In this document: one piece after another, positions 1-11,851 of the stretch
Layout of the letters: the number at the start of each line of letters is the position of its first letter
Position numbering within the stretch: the first letter of the stretch is position 1
Origin: Chiloscyllium plagiosum
Lineage: Eukaryota
DNA length: 35,156 nt
Direction of reading: 5' to 3'
Assembly (NCBI RefSeq): GCF_004010195.1
Contig: NC_057718.1
Span: 47,204,527 to 47,239,682, forward strand
Position numbers and translations under genes: made by a program
Notes under the pieces: generated by a model
Told to the model about the DNA's origin: nothing
The model's input: the letters and a program-made list of their open reading frames with translations, nothing else
Database searches by the model: none

Positions 1-408
1 AAGATCGTATGAGGTAAGGCTGAGGCACTTGGGGTTGTTTTCATTGGAGAAAAGAAGGTTTAGGGTTTACTTGATAGAGGTGTATAAGATGATTAGGGGT
101 TTAGATAGGGTCGACAGTGAGGATCTTTTTCCACGTATGGAGTCAGCTATTATGAGGGGGCATAGCTTTAAATTAAGGGGGTTAGGTATAGGACAGATGT
201 TAGGGGTAGGTTCTTTACTCAGCGAGTCGTGAGTTCATGGAATGCCCTGCCAGTAGCAGTGGTGGACTCTCCCTCATTATGGACATTTAAGCGGGCATTG
301 GATAGGCATATGGAGGATAGTGGGCTAGTGTAGGTTGGGTGGGCTTGGATTGGCGCAACATCGAGGGCCGAAGGGCCTGTACTGCGCTGTATTCTTCTAT
401 GTTCTATA
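1..408 (+). mobile_element. CR1 LINE 3' end (ORF2 C-terminus and 3'UTR)
   Basis: ORF 29..232 GLFSLEKRR..LIEVYKMIRGLDRVD..RGHSFKL is the typical CR1 ORF2 C-terminus; ends in GGCCGAAGGGCCTGTACTGCGCTGTA plus a TTCTATG-like tail. Confidence 0.92.
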
Positions 409-590
409 TACGTGCTGAGACATGTAATAAAGCATGAGGCAGCTGCTGCTAAGGTGCAGTGGGAAAGACCATTGTCTGACGTCTTTCTGTTGAAGTTTAA
501 ATGGGTGTCTGTTCATTTATCGGACCCTCCTGGTACCTCAAATACAGTGTATATGTAAATGTATCTTTGTTCAAGTAAGAGACTTGTATC
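409..590 (+). mobile_element. Tx1/L1-clade LINE ORF2 C-terminal remnant and start of 3'UTR
   Basis: Reads YVLRHVIKHEAAAAKVQW; similar to the minus-strand copy at ~27330-27450 (DYALKLGATAAKMQWGKTTI*). Confidence 0.6.
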
Positions 591-2025
591 ATCGATAGCC
601 GTTGATGAAGTGTTGGAAAACTGGAGGTTGGTTAATGTGATGCTATTGTTTAAGAAAGCTGGTAAGGAAAAGCCAAGGAACTATAGATTGGTGACCCTGA
701 CATCAGTGATGGGCAAAATTAGAGGGGACAGGATTTGCACATATTTGGAAAGGCAAGGACTGAGTAGGGATAGCCAACATGGCTTTGTACATGGGCAATC
801 GTATCTTACTAACTTGATTGAGATTTTTGAAGAAGTGAAGAAGATTGAAGGCAGAGCCATGGATGTCTATATGGCCTTCAGGAAGGTGCTTAACAAGGTT
901 CTGGTAGTCCCAGGTAGACCAGTTAGCAAGGTTAGATTACTGGGAGAGCTAGCCATTTGGATACAAAATTCACTTGAAGGTAGGAGATAGGGTAATGATG
1001 GAAGATTGTATTTTTGGACTAGAAGCCTGTGACGAGTGGTGTGCTGCAAGGATCAGTGCTGGATCCACTGCTTTTTTTTGTCATTTTTGTATAAATTATT
1101 TAGCTGTGAATATAGGAGGTAGACTTAGGAAGTTTGCACATGACAACAAAATTGGTGTAGTGGAAACCAAGAAGGTTACCTTAGAGTGTGATGGGAGCTC
1201 AATCAGATGGGCCAAGGAGTGCCAGGTATAGTTTGTTTTCAATAAATGTGAAGTGCTGCATTTTGTTTGGGCGAATCTGGGCAGGACGTATCCACTTAAT
1301 GGTAAGGACCTGGGAAGTGTTGCCAAACAAAGTGACCTTGGAGTGCAGCTTCATAGTTCCTTGAAAGTGGAGTCCCAGGTGGACACTGGAGTGAAGAAGG
1401 GATTAATTCACTTGCCTTTATTGGTCAGTGCATTGAGTGCAGGAGTTGGGAGGTCATGTTGTAACTGTACAGGACATTGCTTTGGCCAATTTTGGAATAC
1501 TTTCAGTTCGAATCTCCCTGCTATAGGAAAGATGTTGTAAAACTTGAAAGGGTTCAGAAATGATTTAAAAGAACGTTGGGAGGGTTAGAGGATTTGAGCT
1601 ATACAGAGAGGTTGAATAGGGTAGGGCTATTCTTCCTGGAGTGTCTGAGGCTGAGAGGGGACCTTATAGAGGTTTATAAAAATCATGAGAGGCATGGATA
1701 AGGTGATTAGTTAAGGTCTCCCAGGTAGGGAGTCCAAAACCAGAGGGCATTGGTTTAAGGTGAGAGGGAAAGATTTAAAAGGGGCAACGTTTTCATGCAG
1801 AGGGTGGTGTGTACGTTTGTGTAGGGAACAACCTGTCAGAGGAGGTGGTAGAGGCTGATGCAATTACAACACTTAAAAGACACCTGGATGGGCGCATGTA
1901 TTGGAAGGATTTAGTGGGATATGGGCCAAATGCATGTAAATGGGACTGGATTAATTTAGGACATCTGGTTGGCAGGGGCATGTTGGACTAAAGGGTCTGT
2001 TTCTGTACTGTGAATCTTAAGTCTG
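591..2025 (+). mobile_element. Degenerate 5'-truncated CR1 (HER1-like) LINE, RT to 3' end
   Basis: Frameshifted RT motifs W..VNVMLLFKK..KEKPRNYRLVTLTSV, DSQHGF, KFAHDNKIG, CEVLHF; 3' tail GGGTCTGTTTCTGTACTGTGA. Confidence 0.92.
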
Positions 2026-2029
2026 TTTG

Positions 2030-2604
2030 TGAGAATATGTACAGGGTATAAGCAGGCAGGGAAAGAGTTCAGTTCTGAGTTTTGTGAAACAGGTTCAGCT
2101 GAGCATGACTTAGATCAGATAAGAATTTAGTTAACAATGGGTGCTGGAGGCAAGGGTATTGGGTTAACAAGGTGGAAAAACATTCCTTATGTAGAGCCAT
2201 TTAACAAGATGAGGTAGTGTTCAGAATGTAACACCAGTCAACTAGGTGAAAAGTATCCAATGTACAAATCCATTGTATAACAGTAAAGGGCTTGGTCTCT
2301 GCCATTGATTGTAATGGTCATCCAAATAACATGTATATTGCCTTATCTGGATGCTCCTCCCTGTAAAATTACTATATAGTTCATTGAGAAACTGCTGTTC
2401 CTGTGCACATGGGCGATCGTTTTCTCTTCCCTCCAGGGCCCGGAATAAAGATGAAGGAGGTACAACTATACTGTATCTCTGATCATTTTGCTTTGACTAG
2501 GGGGAGGGGGGAAAAACAGGACAGCATTTGGACAGAGTCAAAGACCTGGGACCTGCAATGTTTGTTTGTTCTCTTCATATCCTCCTGTACAGAACTGATC
2601 TGCA
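2030..2604 (+). mobile_element. Probable solo LTR (boundaries uncertain)
   Basis: CCAAT ~2257, TATATA 2373-2378 and AATAAA 2444-2449 in U3-R-U5 order; candidate TG...CA ends with TTTG duplicated (2026-2029/2605-2608); alternative ends 2085-2485 with TTTTG duplicated. Confidence 0.5.
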
Positions 2605-2729
2605 TTTGTGACTGTGTATGTATAAAGATTTTTATGAATAAACTATATTTTTGAAATGTTGGAGCAAATTGATACAAAAAATCTCAGTCAGAAGAAACAA
2701 CAGGGCTGACACTGTGTTTAAAAAATAGA

Positions 2730-2995
2730 ATGCTAAAAGGTGATTTTAAGAAGTTCTAAAATTATGAAGAGGTATGATACGTGCTCAGAAAATGTTTGAC
2801 TTGGAGAAGTCCAAAATTAAAAGCAACAAATAGAAGATAATTGCTAATCCAATAAAGAACTCGGAAGAAATGCCTTTACCCAGTGAGTTGATGTTTTGGG
2901 AGGATGCCTGTTATGCATGCAAGGAGGAAAGTAATAGCAAATGCAGATTGAGTAGGAGGATGCTCGTGTTCAGTAGAGGTGAGTTGAACATGACT
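2730..2995 (+). mobile_element. Old CR1 3'-end fragment
   Basis: Degenerate AGGTGATTTT..GAAGTT.TAAAATTATGAAGAGGTATGATA and CTTTACCCAGTGAGTTG CR1 3' motifs. Confidence 0.5.
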
Positions 2996-3427
2996 GATAT
3001 ATCTATGAAATTACTACTATTGCTATCAAGTTAGTACATTTTAGTTACATTTTGAAAGTGAAGTAATTGCAAAAGGAGCATTAATACCAAATAGAAAATT
3101 AGAGAACAGAATTTGAGTTACCTGGTTGTAATTAAGTGCATTTGGGTGATGTTTGATTTATGTTGCTAATTAAAATGTTGAATTTGGTATCACCCTAATA
3201 TTTTGGAGTCTGGCTTGCTTAAACGCCTGAGTCCGTTTAAATTGAATCTGTTAACCTCTCCTGATACAATTCTGTTTTTTAATGGTCCAGAGGCAGATAC
3301 GGACAACTCTGATCTTAACACTTCCGTACCCCTTTAATATTGTTTGCTGTGCAAAATGAGGTTTTTCTATTCGTTATATCTATTCGGAACCTGATTTCAA
3401 TAAGCTGGTTTGCCAATTATATTAATA

Positions 3428-3629
3428 CAGATGGACCTGCTATAATACAAGCTTCGTTAAAGTGAATTCACTATAATACAAATTGACATTGTTTCTACAC
3501 GTGAACTATTAAATTGTGTTGGCTGTAGCAATTACATCACAAACATTTTAAGCACGGTTTCTGAAGTGCGGTTTTTCTCTAATGTGGGATTGCACAACAA
3601 CGCAACCATTGCATTATAGAAGAACTACT
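3428..3629. mobile_element. Old Tigger/pogo-like MITE
   Basis: Imperfect terminal inverted repeats CAGATGGACCTGCTATAATAC ... GCATTATAGAAGAACTACTG, TA-flanked on the left, with an internal CTATAATACAA repeat. Confidence 0.4.
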
Positions 3630-3690
3630 GGTACCTTGCAAACAAAACTTTTACCCTTATTAAAAGCCTTGCACCCAACTTTATTTCCAG

Positions 3691-3821
3691 GTAGCGACAT
3701 AAGGGCTTTGGATGATGATTTGGATGAATGCATTAAAGAGACGGCCTCAAAACGTAAGCAGTTTCCAAGGAAGATTATTGGACACCTTGCTAGGACCATG
3801 AAAGCAGAAAGGGAATCACTA
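3691..3821 (+). CDS. NSL1: NSL1 (MIS12 kinetochore complex subunit), internal coding exon, 131 nt, phase 1 to 0
   Basis: Acceptor ttatttccAG, donor GTATGT; encodes SDIRALDDDLDECIKETASKRKQFPRKIIGHLARTMKAERESL, matching human NSL1 as recalled (SDIKVLEDQFDEIIVDIATKRKQYPRKILECVIKTIKAKQEIL). Confidence 0.93.
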
Positions 3822-4029
3822 GTATGTTTACCTTTTTTGGTATATTTATCTTGAAATTCAGTTTGTACTGATTTGCCCAATTATTCAGCTCCATGCTTTA
3901 TATATGACAGTATCTAACTTATGTACTTGGTAAATTCAGTTGCATGCTGTTGCTCAAACCAATGGTAGGAGATCTGCTTTAATTTAGTAGTATAAATCCT
4001 TTCTACAATTTCATCGAAACATGTCAACC

Positions 4030-4262
4030 CTCGGAAATTACTGGAGAAGCTCCTCAACGTAATGTTCCAGCCACAGCTTTCTTAGCTGTTTTATCAATGA
4101 TCATTCCTCAATCATATGGTCAGAAGTAGAGATATCACTGACTTTTGCAGTGTCCAGTACCATTTATAATTCTGCAGATACTGAAGCAGTTATGCCCGTA
4201 AACAGCCATACCTGAGTAATGTTCAGGCATGGAGTAAGTCACATTTTTGCCCCACACGTGCC
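4030..4262 (+). mobile_element. RT fragment of a second CR1/L2-type LINE family
   Basis: Degenerate INDLPSIIRSEV..FADD..DTEAV..QVTFAPHKCQ-type region; homologous to minus-strand segments at ~9380-9600 and ~10800-11000. Confidence 0.55.
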
Positions 4263-4267
4263 AACGG

Positions 4268-4625
4268 GGAAGGCGGTGATACAATGGTAAAGTCACTTAG
4301 CCAGGGTAATTCTCTGGGACGTGGGTTCAAATCCCACCATAACAGGTGGTGAAATTTTTTTTTTTGAAAATAGGCAATTAAAACTGGCCTAATGGTGACC
4401 ATCTAGCATTGTTATAAAAATGCATCTAATTCACTATTGTCCCTTGGGGAAGAAGGTCTGCCATGCTTACCTGGCCTAGCCTAGCCTACATGTGACTGCA
4501 ATATGCTTGACTCCTTAACTGCCCTCTGAAATAGTCCTAGCTAGCCATTCAAACTAAGGGGCAATTCAGGATGGTCAATGAATGCTGGTCCAGCTCAGTG
4601 AAGTACACATGCCATGAACAATTTA
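4268..4625 (+). mobile_element. tRNA-derived SINE (family B)
   Basis: B-box GGTTCAAATCC at ~4325; body similar to 5565-5880 and 25497-25828; LINE-like tail GGATGGTCAATGAATGCTGG. Confidence 0.8.
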
Positions 4626-4759
4626 TTTAAAAAATGAGGAAATATCTCAGAATACTGGTTGACCATTGACCAGAAACTGAATGTATAAGTTCCCTAGCTG
4701 CAAGAGAGCAGGTAGGAGGCATGGAGTTCTGTAGCAAGCACTCTGCTTCTTGATTCTGT

Positions 4760-5015
4760 GCTGCAATGTATGGGAACACTACCATCTTCCAATCCATACA
4801 CCGCTTTGATTTTGAATTATAATAGTGTTCCTTTGTTGTGATTATGCCAAAATCCCGAAACTCCCTTCCTAACACTACTTTGTATGTGTATACCTGCACC
4901 AGCTGCATTACAGTTCAAAGAATTGGTTTACCACTAGCTTTTCAAGAATAGTTATGGATGAGCAATAAATGCTGACGTCGAGAATGATGTGCATATATCT
5001 TGAAATTTTTTTTGA
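4760..5015 (+). mobile_element. 3' end of the CR1/L2-type partner LINE of SINE family B
   Basis: AACTCCCTTCCTAACA...CAGTTCAAAGAA...GGATGAGCAATAAATGCTG; same tail as SINE family B. Confidence 0.65.
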
Positions 5016-5564
5016 AAAACATGAAGATTCAGCACCATTGCCAAGATATTTGCTTTTTGTTTCAAATGCACTTTGCTATTTCTTGATAGTGATATTGGAG
5101 TGAACTTGACAACAATGACATAATATCTTTGCAACAGGCAAGATTGAAGCATTTACAATTATATGCACCATCTTTATTGCAAATGTGTTGTTCATGGATT
5201 TCATCTGATAGTTGTGACCTCCATCCCATGGTGCCACCTACACACCATCCCCACTGACATGCTTTTTGTTTTTAATAGTAGTGAGGGATATACTAGAGTA
5301 TAACTTCTCATTCTGGTAGGCTTTCATGACAATCCAATAATTTTGTGGTTGCCAAGATAGCTAGATGCTGCTTTTTTTTAGATTTATTTAATTAACTCAA
5401 ATTGCCTCTAGATTTCAAGTACTGACCCTCGGTTATTCAGCTAGTTTCATAATCACTTTTACTGTACTTGACAAAGATTGTGAAGAACAAATGAATTTAA
5501 AAGAAAGAGATAATAATAAACAGGCAGTGTTTTTTCAAAAATCTGCATTTCCAAATTGGTGGGA

Positions 5565-5890
5565 TGTGGTGGCCTAGTGTTATTATCACTACTATGAATC
5601 CAGATAACGTTCTAGAGACAAGGGTTGGAATCCAATTCGTTTTTAAAAATCTGAAATTAGGAGTCTAATTATAGCCACCAAACCATTGTCGATTGTTGTA
5701 AAAACCCATCTGGTTCACAAGTGTTCTTCAGGAAAAGAAACTGCTGTCCTTATCTGGTTTATCATGAGTGTGATTCCAAGTCCATGGTGATGCGATTGAC
5801 TGTCTCTTAATGGGGTAATTAGGGATGGGCAATAAATGCTGGTCTAGTCATTGACACCCATGTCCTGTGAATACGTTTTTAAAAAAAAAA
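5565..5890 (+). mobile_element. tRNA-derived SINE (family B)
   Basis: A-box-like GTGGCCTAGTG, B-box-like GGTTGGAATCC; shared core AACCATTGTCGATTG..AAAACCCATCTGGTTCAC; tail GGGATGGGCAATAAATGCTGG; A-rich end. Confidence 0.82.
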
Positions 5891-6419
5891 ATTCAAGGGA
5901 CAGGAAGTTGGTATATCAGTAATTGTTATCTCATACAGCATGTAAAGCTCCTTTTACTCCCGATTTATACTCGCCCTAAATCTTTCCATCATCTCGATGT
6001 GAAGGTAGGCATGTATAGCAAATCAGTGTTCAGTCTGTTTTGAAATGCCAATTTTCACAGTTCACCAGGCATGCAAGTGCTTCAATACTTAAGTCTGATT
6101 TGTCCCATAATACCTTAGTGTTGATAACCTTGCGGTTACTATGATAACAGAATCTGGCCTTTGTGTTTATGAGCACTTTACACTTGTATAAAAACAAACT
6201 GGTATGGTTGCTTTCAACTGTTACACGAAAGGAAGAATAAAAATATTTTTATACAATACATTATTGACACCTGAAATGCTTTATCATTTATCAAAATAAG
6301 GAGGCAAATTTTTTTAAAAGAGGAGTGGTGAAACTTTTGTAAAACAAAGGTCTGGAGAAGTATGAGAAAGAGTTACAAGAAAACTTTGAGGACCAAGTCA
6401 ACAGTTCTTTCAGGAGCCA

Positions 6420-7072
6420 TGTTATAGACCAAACCAGAATACATGCACGCATACGCGCCATCCATAATGGAACTAGCCTAGACCCTAACTTGCTTTCTCC
6501 ACTTTATTTCCAGATACAATTCAATTGATCGACCACTAAGCTTTAATCAAATTGCATTTTATTCTTAAAACACAATCAAAATACAGCAAGAAGAATTAGC
6601 AAAGCTTGACTCAATTGAAATGCTTCACAAAGTTATGTATTCTTTAACCAAGAATCATCATGTGTTCCAACTCGACAGCATCCCACAAATGCATCCTTGG
6701 AAAAGGCAATTCAATGACATGTTTAAGGTTCTCACATGCTCTCCGTCTCCAGCTTAGGAGAAAGAAGAATCTTTCCCTTTTTAATTTTTAAGAAGCCTCG
6801 TGTCTAAGACTTCACTCTAGCAACAGAGAACTCAACTTTTAGCCCCAGCAACCTTATCAACTAGCTGAAATCAAAATTTCCTGGGTCTGTGTGAGCCCTG
6901 ACCCTACCCATTAATGATTCTTTGTCTTATATTTTAAAAAAACACCCAGTGAGAACTCAAAATTGTTTATCAATTACCTGTCTGAAGGAGACATTTTGGT
7001 ACCGTTGTGACAATATCCATCTGCAAGAGAAACAGGACAGAATACATCTTTTTAATGTCACAGTACCATCGT
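6420..7072. mobile_element. Possible solo LTR (Gypsy-like, probably antisense)
   Basis: Begins TGTTATAGACC; contains TTTATT (antisense polyA signal); no coding; no TSD confirmed. Confidence 0.35.
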
Positions 7073-7271
7073 AGCTGGCGTAAGCACAATGCAACAAATG
7101 TCCCAAGCTGTATGACTCCCAGTAGCTCATAGGTATGCCATTAAAAGGTCTGCGACAATTATGGTTCAATCTGCAGGATCTTGAAAGTTAACCAGAGGAG
7201 TGGGGTGATGTTTGATTCTAATATAAATATTTGAACCTATTTTCTATAATAATATATTTCATTTTGTGCAG

Positions 7272-7329
7272 AAGCTATATCAGCCTGCGGTAATGACCCA
7301 ATTAAAAACAGAAGTTCATCCAGAACAAG
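7272..7329 (+). CDS. NSL1: NSL1 internal coding exon, 58 nt, phase 0 to 1
   Basis: Acceptor ttttgtgcAG, donor AAG|GTAAGC; KLYQPAVMTQLKTEVHPEQ aligns to human KQYHPVVHPLDLKYDPDP; phases fit the flanking exons. Confidence 0.88.
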
Positions 7330-7779
7330 GTAAGCAAGTGAAAATTTTCTTTCAAAGTCCAGGTACCTTCTCTAGTTAACTATGCTGAACTCACTGAATT
7401 GCAACCCAATTGTACATTTGTGTTTTATTTGGAAAAATTAAAAATGGACGTGAGCTGTCTTTGTGCGCTTGTCAACCACCTGAGACCATGTATTGTACAC
7501 GATTAGCTTTTAAAGGCACTACCTTTCTCCTTCCTTCATTTGAGGAGGAGGAAAAGGATTCAGATACCCAGCAGCTCCCTGTGCAAAAAGAGCTGAAATC
7601 AAAAATTTCAGCAACTTACATTTTTTTTATAGTGACTTTAACATTCCTATTAGGTAACGTTTGGCACCAATCACAAGGAATAGTAGGACAGGTGATTAAA
7701 AGGTTTTAAACAAATAAATTTTATGCAGTGTCTTAAAAATATTACATCTTTTTTTAAACATGGTATTTCAGAACCTCAG

Positions 7780-7970
7780 CTCTAGGAAGCTGAATGCACA
7801 GCCTATAATAGTGCAGAGTAAATTGAGAAAAGGGAAGTGGCCAGAATTGGAGGGATACAGAACAGAGTTGGAGATTTGTAGGATTGAAGAAGGAGAGATA
7901 TGAGACTGTGGAGGGCCCTTGAAGACTAGGATGATCATTTTAGATTGACTGTCTGCAAGGTCCTTAATGT
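7780..7970 (-). mobile_element. Old L2-like LINE fragment
   Basis: Purine-rich GAGACTGTGGAGGGCCCTTGAAGACTAGGATGATCATTTTAGATT, typical of antisense L2 ORF2 remnants. Confidence 0.4.
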
Positions 7971-8169
7971 AAGAGGATGGGCTCAGTTATGCTGCAGAAA
8001 ACCATCTGGTATAGGTATGAACTGAAACCAATCATTATCTGGTTTTAATAAGCATTTATTTGGAGTTCCACATTACAAACTAGTATCTCTTAACTCAATA
8101 ACCATAGTTTCAGACTGTTCTTCTTTATACTATTTTTATAAAAGCACAGCCTGTTAACTAACAAAAAAA

Positions 8170-8570
8170 AAATAATCAATCTGTTCAGACATGTCACAAC
8201 ATAACTCAAGGGTAGATGGAACTGTGAAGCTGGACCTCCTGGCCCAGGGGTGAGAATACTACAAGGGCCCCCAGCAGCATAGTTAAACAGTCAAAAGGGA
8301 ATTGCAAGTTAATGCCTACCACCTGCATGCAACTTAATAAACTATGATGCAGTTACAACATTACAGTGCTTGTGGCCTCTGAATCAAGAGTCCCAATTCT
8401 CATCTGCTCCAGAGGTGTGTCATAATATGTCTGATCAGAGTAATTAAAATAGCTGTACTTTTGCCTAACAAATCTGAGGTGTCCCTGCCTCTGAGCCACA
8501 AGTCCTGGGTTCAGCGCCCACCTGCTTCAGAGATGTGTAATAATATGTCCTAACTGGTTTATTAGAACCT
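8170..8570. mobile_element. Cluster of three short tRNA-derived SINE-like copies (one minus, two plus)
   Basis: 8360-8450 and 8478-8570 share CCTCTGA..CTGCT(C/T)CAGAG(G/A)TGTGT(C/A)ATAATATGTC; 8170-8262 is a diverged reverse-complement copy. Confidence 0.55.
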
Positions 8571-8734
8571 GTCTACAGTCTGCACAGGTGATTGGTGACC
8601 AGGAGTTGGGATGAGTTGTGATATGGGCAACAGAATTTTGAATTAGCTCAAGTTAACAGAGTAATGATGGCCAAGATACTATTGAAATAGTTGAGTAAAA
8701 TAAGCTATTACTTTTAATTAAATAATGCTGAACC

Positions 8735-11245
8735 CCCATTTATTGTCCATGCATAAGAGACCTTAAAGGTATTGAGAGCTATCTTGAACCACTACAGTCT
8801 ATATAATATAGTAGTTCTAGTGTTGTTACAAAGGGAACTCCAGTGCTTTAACCCAGAAGGCAATGGAGTGATGATATGATTCAAGTCAGAATGGTGTGTG
8901 GTCATGTTCCCATGCATCTGCTGCCCGTGTCCTTCGTGCTGGTAGGAATTGGGAATTCAGAAAGTGCTGTCAAACAAATCTTGCTGCATCTTTGCAGGGC
9001 ATCTTATGGATGCTATATACTGCAGCCACTGAACATGGTGATGGGGGGAGTGACGGTTTAAGATAACAGATGGGCAGACTGGAAAGTGCACCATTTTGTT
9101 CTGGTTGGAATTGAACTTTTTTGAATATTGTTGGTGATGATTTCATTCAGGCAAATGGAGATTATTCCATCACATTGTTGACCTGTGCCTTCTCTATGTT
9201 GGGAGGTTTTGAAGAGCCAGGAGGAGAGTTTCTTGCTCTGTCCTCCTTTTATAGACTCAGTGCTTATACGGTTGATCCAGGTCCCGCCCACCCCAAGGTT
9301 TCAGCCATGGGAATGCCATTCAATGTTGAGGATAATGCTTAAATTCTCCCTTGATGGAGATGGTCATTGCTTCAGTACGTGTGGTGTAAATATTACATTC
9401 CACCTGTCAGCCCAATTCTGGATTTGTTTTTTCCAGCCTTGCTGTATTTGGATATAGGCTGCATCAGGAGCTGAGGAGTTGTGAATGACACTTAATGTTG
9501 TGCACTCATCAGTGAACATGCTCACCACTGACCTTGTGTTGGACGAATGGTTGTTAATAAAGCAGTTGAAGATGGTTGAGCCTGTGAATCTATGTTGCAG
9601 GTGTTTCTCAGCAATATCATGTGGCTGGGATGGTTAATCTCCAACAACCACAATGATCTTGCATGATACTAGGTTTGATTCCAACCATTGGAGAGTTTTC
9701 CTCAATTCCTCTGGACTCTGATTAATTAGAACTCCTTAATGTCACTTACTCAAATTATTATGCCTTGATGTCATGAACATTCGCCTTCACTTCCCCTCTT
9801 GGATTAGGTACCCAATATCCAGTGTGCCAGCATTCAGCTGGTTTGGTTCAATTCATTTCATATATCCTCAAGAAGTGGCTTCAGGCATTGGATACTGAAA
9901 ATATTATGAACTCTAGCAACAGTCTTGCAAAGTTACTGAAATTCTTTGCTCCAGAACTAGCGCAATTTTATTTTGAACCAAAGTTATCATAAAGGAAGGA
10001 GCTGAGTGGGCATCATAGAACTCAAACTGAACAAAAGTGCACTAGTTATTGTTGATACCACTGTTCGCATTTATCAATTTACTGATAATTGAAAGTAGAG
10101 TGATGGGTGGTAATTTGGTAGCTTGGATTTGTCCAGCTTTTTCTAAACACAATATACCTGGGCAATTTTTCAGTTTGCTGGCTATGCATCAATATTGTAA
10201 CTGCTATAACTGCTTGGCTCAGCGTGTGGCTCGTTCTGGAGCACAAGTTGTCTGTGCATTTGCAAAAATGTTGACATTTGTTATGCTAAAGACCTCTGGG
10301 ACACTGAGATGGATCATTCATTTGAATCATCTGGCTAAGGATTCTCGCACTGCTGGGCGAGATGGGACTTGATCTTCTTAAGGACTGTATGGTCGTCATT
10401 CCTACATGACTATCACCGACATATCTGCTGAGATACATTGGTGAGAATGAGGTCAAGTAGGTTTTTCCCTTCTTGGTTCCCTTGCCATCTGCCACAGGCT
10501 CTGGGACTTGGTCCACTCAGTTAATAGTGATCCTACTGAGCCACTATTGGTGATGGGCATTTGAAGTACCTCCACCCAGAATTCATTCTGAAACCTTGCT
10601 GCCCTCCAAGTTTCCTCCAGTGTCCAATATGGAGATGTACTGATCAGCTAATGGAGAGTGATCAGTAAATATCTGGAAAGCTGCTTTACCCTTGTTTTGA
10701 CATGACTGCGTGAGGCTTCATGGGTCTGAAGTTGATGTTGAGGACTCTAAGGACAATACCGTCCTGACTGTATATCACCATGTTACCTCCATCCTACAAG
10801 TGCTGCAAACCATACTTGGATAGTGATAGGTGATAACTGGGTCATTAGCTACAAGGTATCTGAAAAGTTGCAAATGATGTTTAACATTGCGCATTTGTTC
10901 GTGAAGGTCCCCATGTCTGACCTTGATAGTAGACTGAATTTCTTGGAAGCAGCTAAAATGGTTGGGTCCAGGGCCCTGAGGAACTCCCTGCAGACATATC
11001 CTGAAGTTGAGATGACTTGCTTCCACAACCACTTTACTTTGTGCCAGGTGTGACTCCAAGCTGTGGATAGATTTTCCCACTTTTCCCATTTGACTCCAGT
11101 TTGCTAGAGCTCTTTAATACCACACCCTATTAAAAGTAGCCACTCTCATTTTACCTGGAGTTCAGCTGTTCTGTGCTTTTATGAAGTCTGGAGCTGAGAG
11201 GTCCTTGCAAAATCCAAACTGAATGTCAGTGAGCAGGTAATTATT
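8735..11245 (-). mobile_element. Degenerate CR1/L2-type LINE (SINE-B partner family), several fragments
   Basis: Starts with antisense tail CATTTATTGTCCAT; antisense RT segments (TCATCAGTGAACAT = MFTDE; TAAAGCAGTTGAAGATGGTTGAGCCT; CCTTGATGTC); second RT copy at ~10800-11240. Confidence 0.75.
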
Positions 11246-11380
11246 AAGCAAGTACTGTTCTGCTTCTATGTCTTAAGGTCTTCGAGTTAATTTTAGAATA
11301 ATCCTGAGCCATGCTGATTATCAATTTATGGTGGTACTTAATGATACTTTGTAACATATTTGCAAATGCACTTTTAATAG

Positions 11381-11448
11381 TATCCAAGGAGAAGGAGTTG
11401 GTGAAAATTGCATCAAATATTTCTCGAGATATGAGTGACGTTATGAAG
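11381..11448 (+). CDS. NSL1: NSL1 internal coding exon, 68 nt, phase 1 to 0
   Basis: Acceptor cttttaatAG, donor AAG|GTAAGC; (V)SKEKELVKIASNISRDMSDVMK aligns to human APHMENLKCRGETVAKEISEAMK. Confidence 0.9.
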
Positions 11449-11851
11449 GTAAGCATTTCGGAGCGATTTGTATATTAATTATTCATCTAAATAAAGGAGG
11501 TTCAACCACTCACTTTAATAAATTTCCAAAGTTTCAAATTATTGAATTGTACTGAATGTTTTGGGGAAATATTTGGTAGTTTTGTTCAAGACTTTGAACT
11601 TTGAACAAATCGCCCTACCTTGCCTGGTATGAGGTCTCGAATATCCAATAGTACAATTTTTATAAATTTCTCCAGTACTTACTTGGCGCATTAGAATACT
11701 ACACCATTAAAAGTGTTTGCATTGTTTTTTAAATTAGTTTTAAAGTGACTGTTCACATTCTTGTATCCACTGTAGTTTGTATACATAGGTTCTTGTATGT
11801 ATTTTCTTTAAAAAGTCTTTCAAACGGTGTCTATTGAAATAATAGAAAAAG

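Noticed and set aside
559..1991. RT-like ORFs as functional genes (also 22100-22878 and 34282-35145)
   Set aside because: Frameshifted, 5'-truncated CR1 remnants with no intact ORF2.
3582..3854. 90-aa single-exon ORF as the gene product
   Set aside because: Only 3691-3821 is NSL1-like and splice-bounded; the flanks are intron and MITE sequence.
7410..7709. 99-aa ORF with an acidic EEEEKD patch and hydrophobic tail
   Set aside because: Non-ATG start, no recognisable domain, and NSL1 splices in frame without it.
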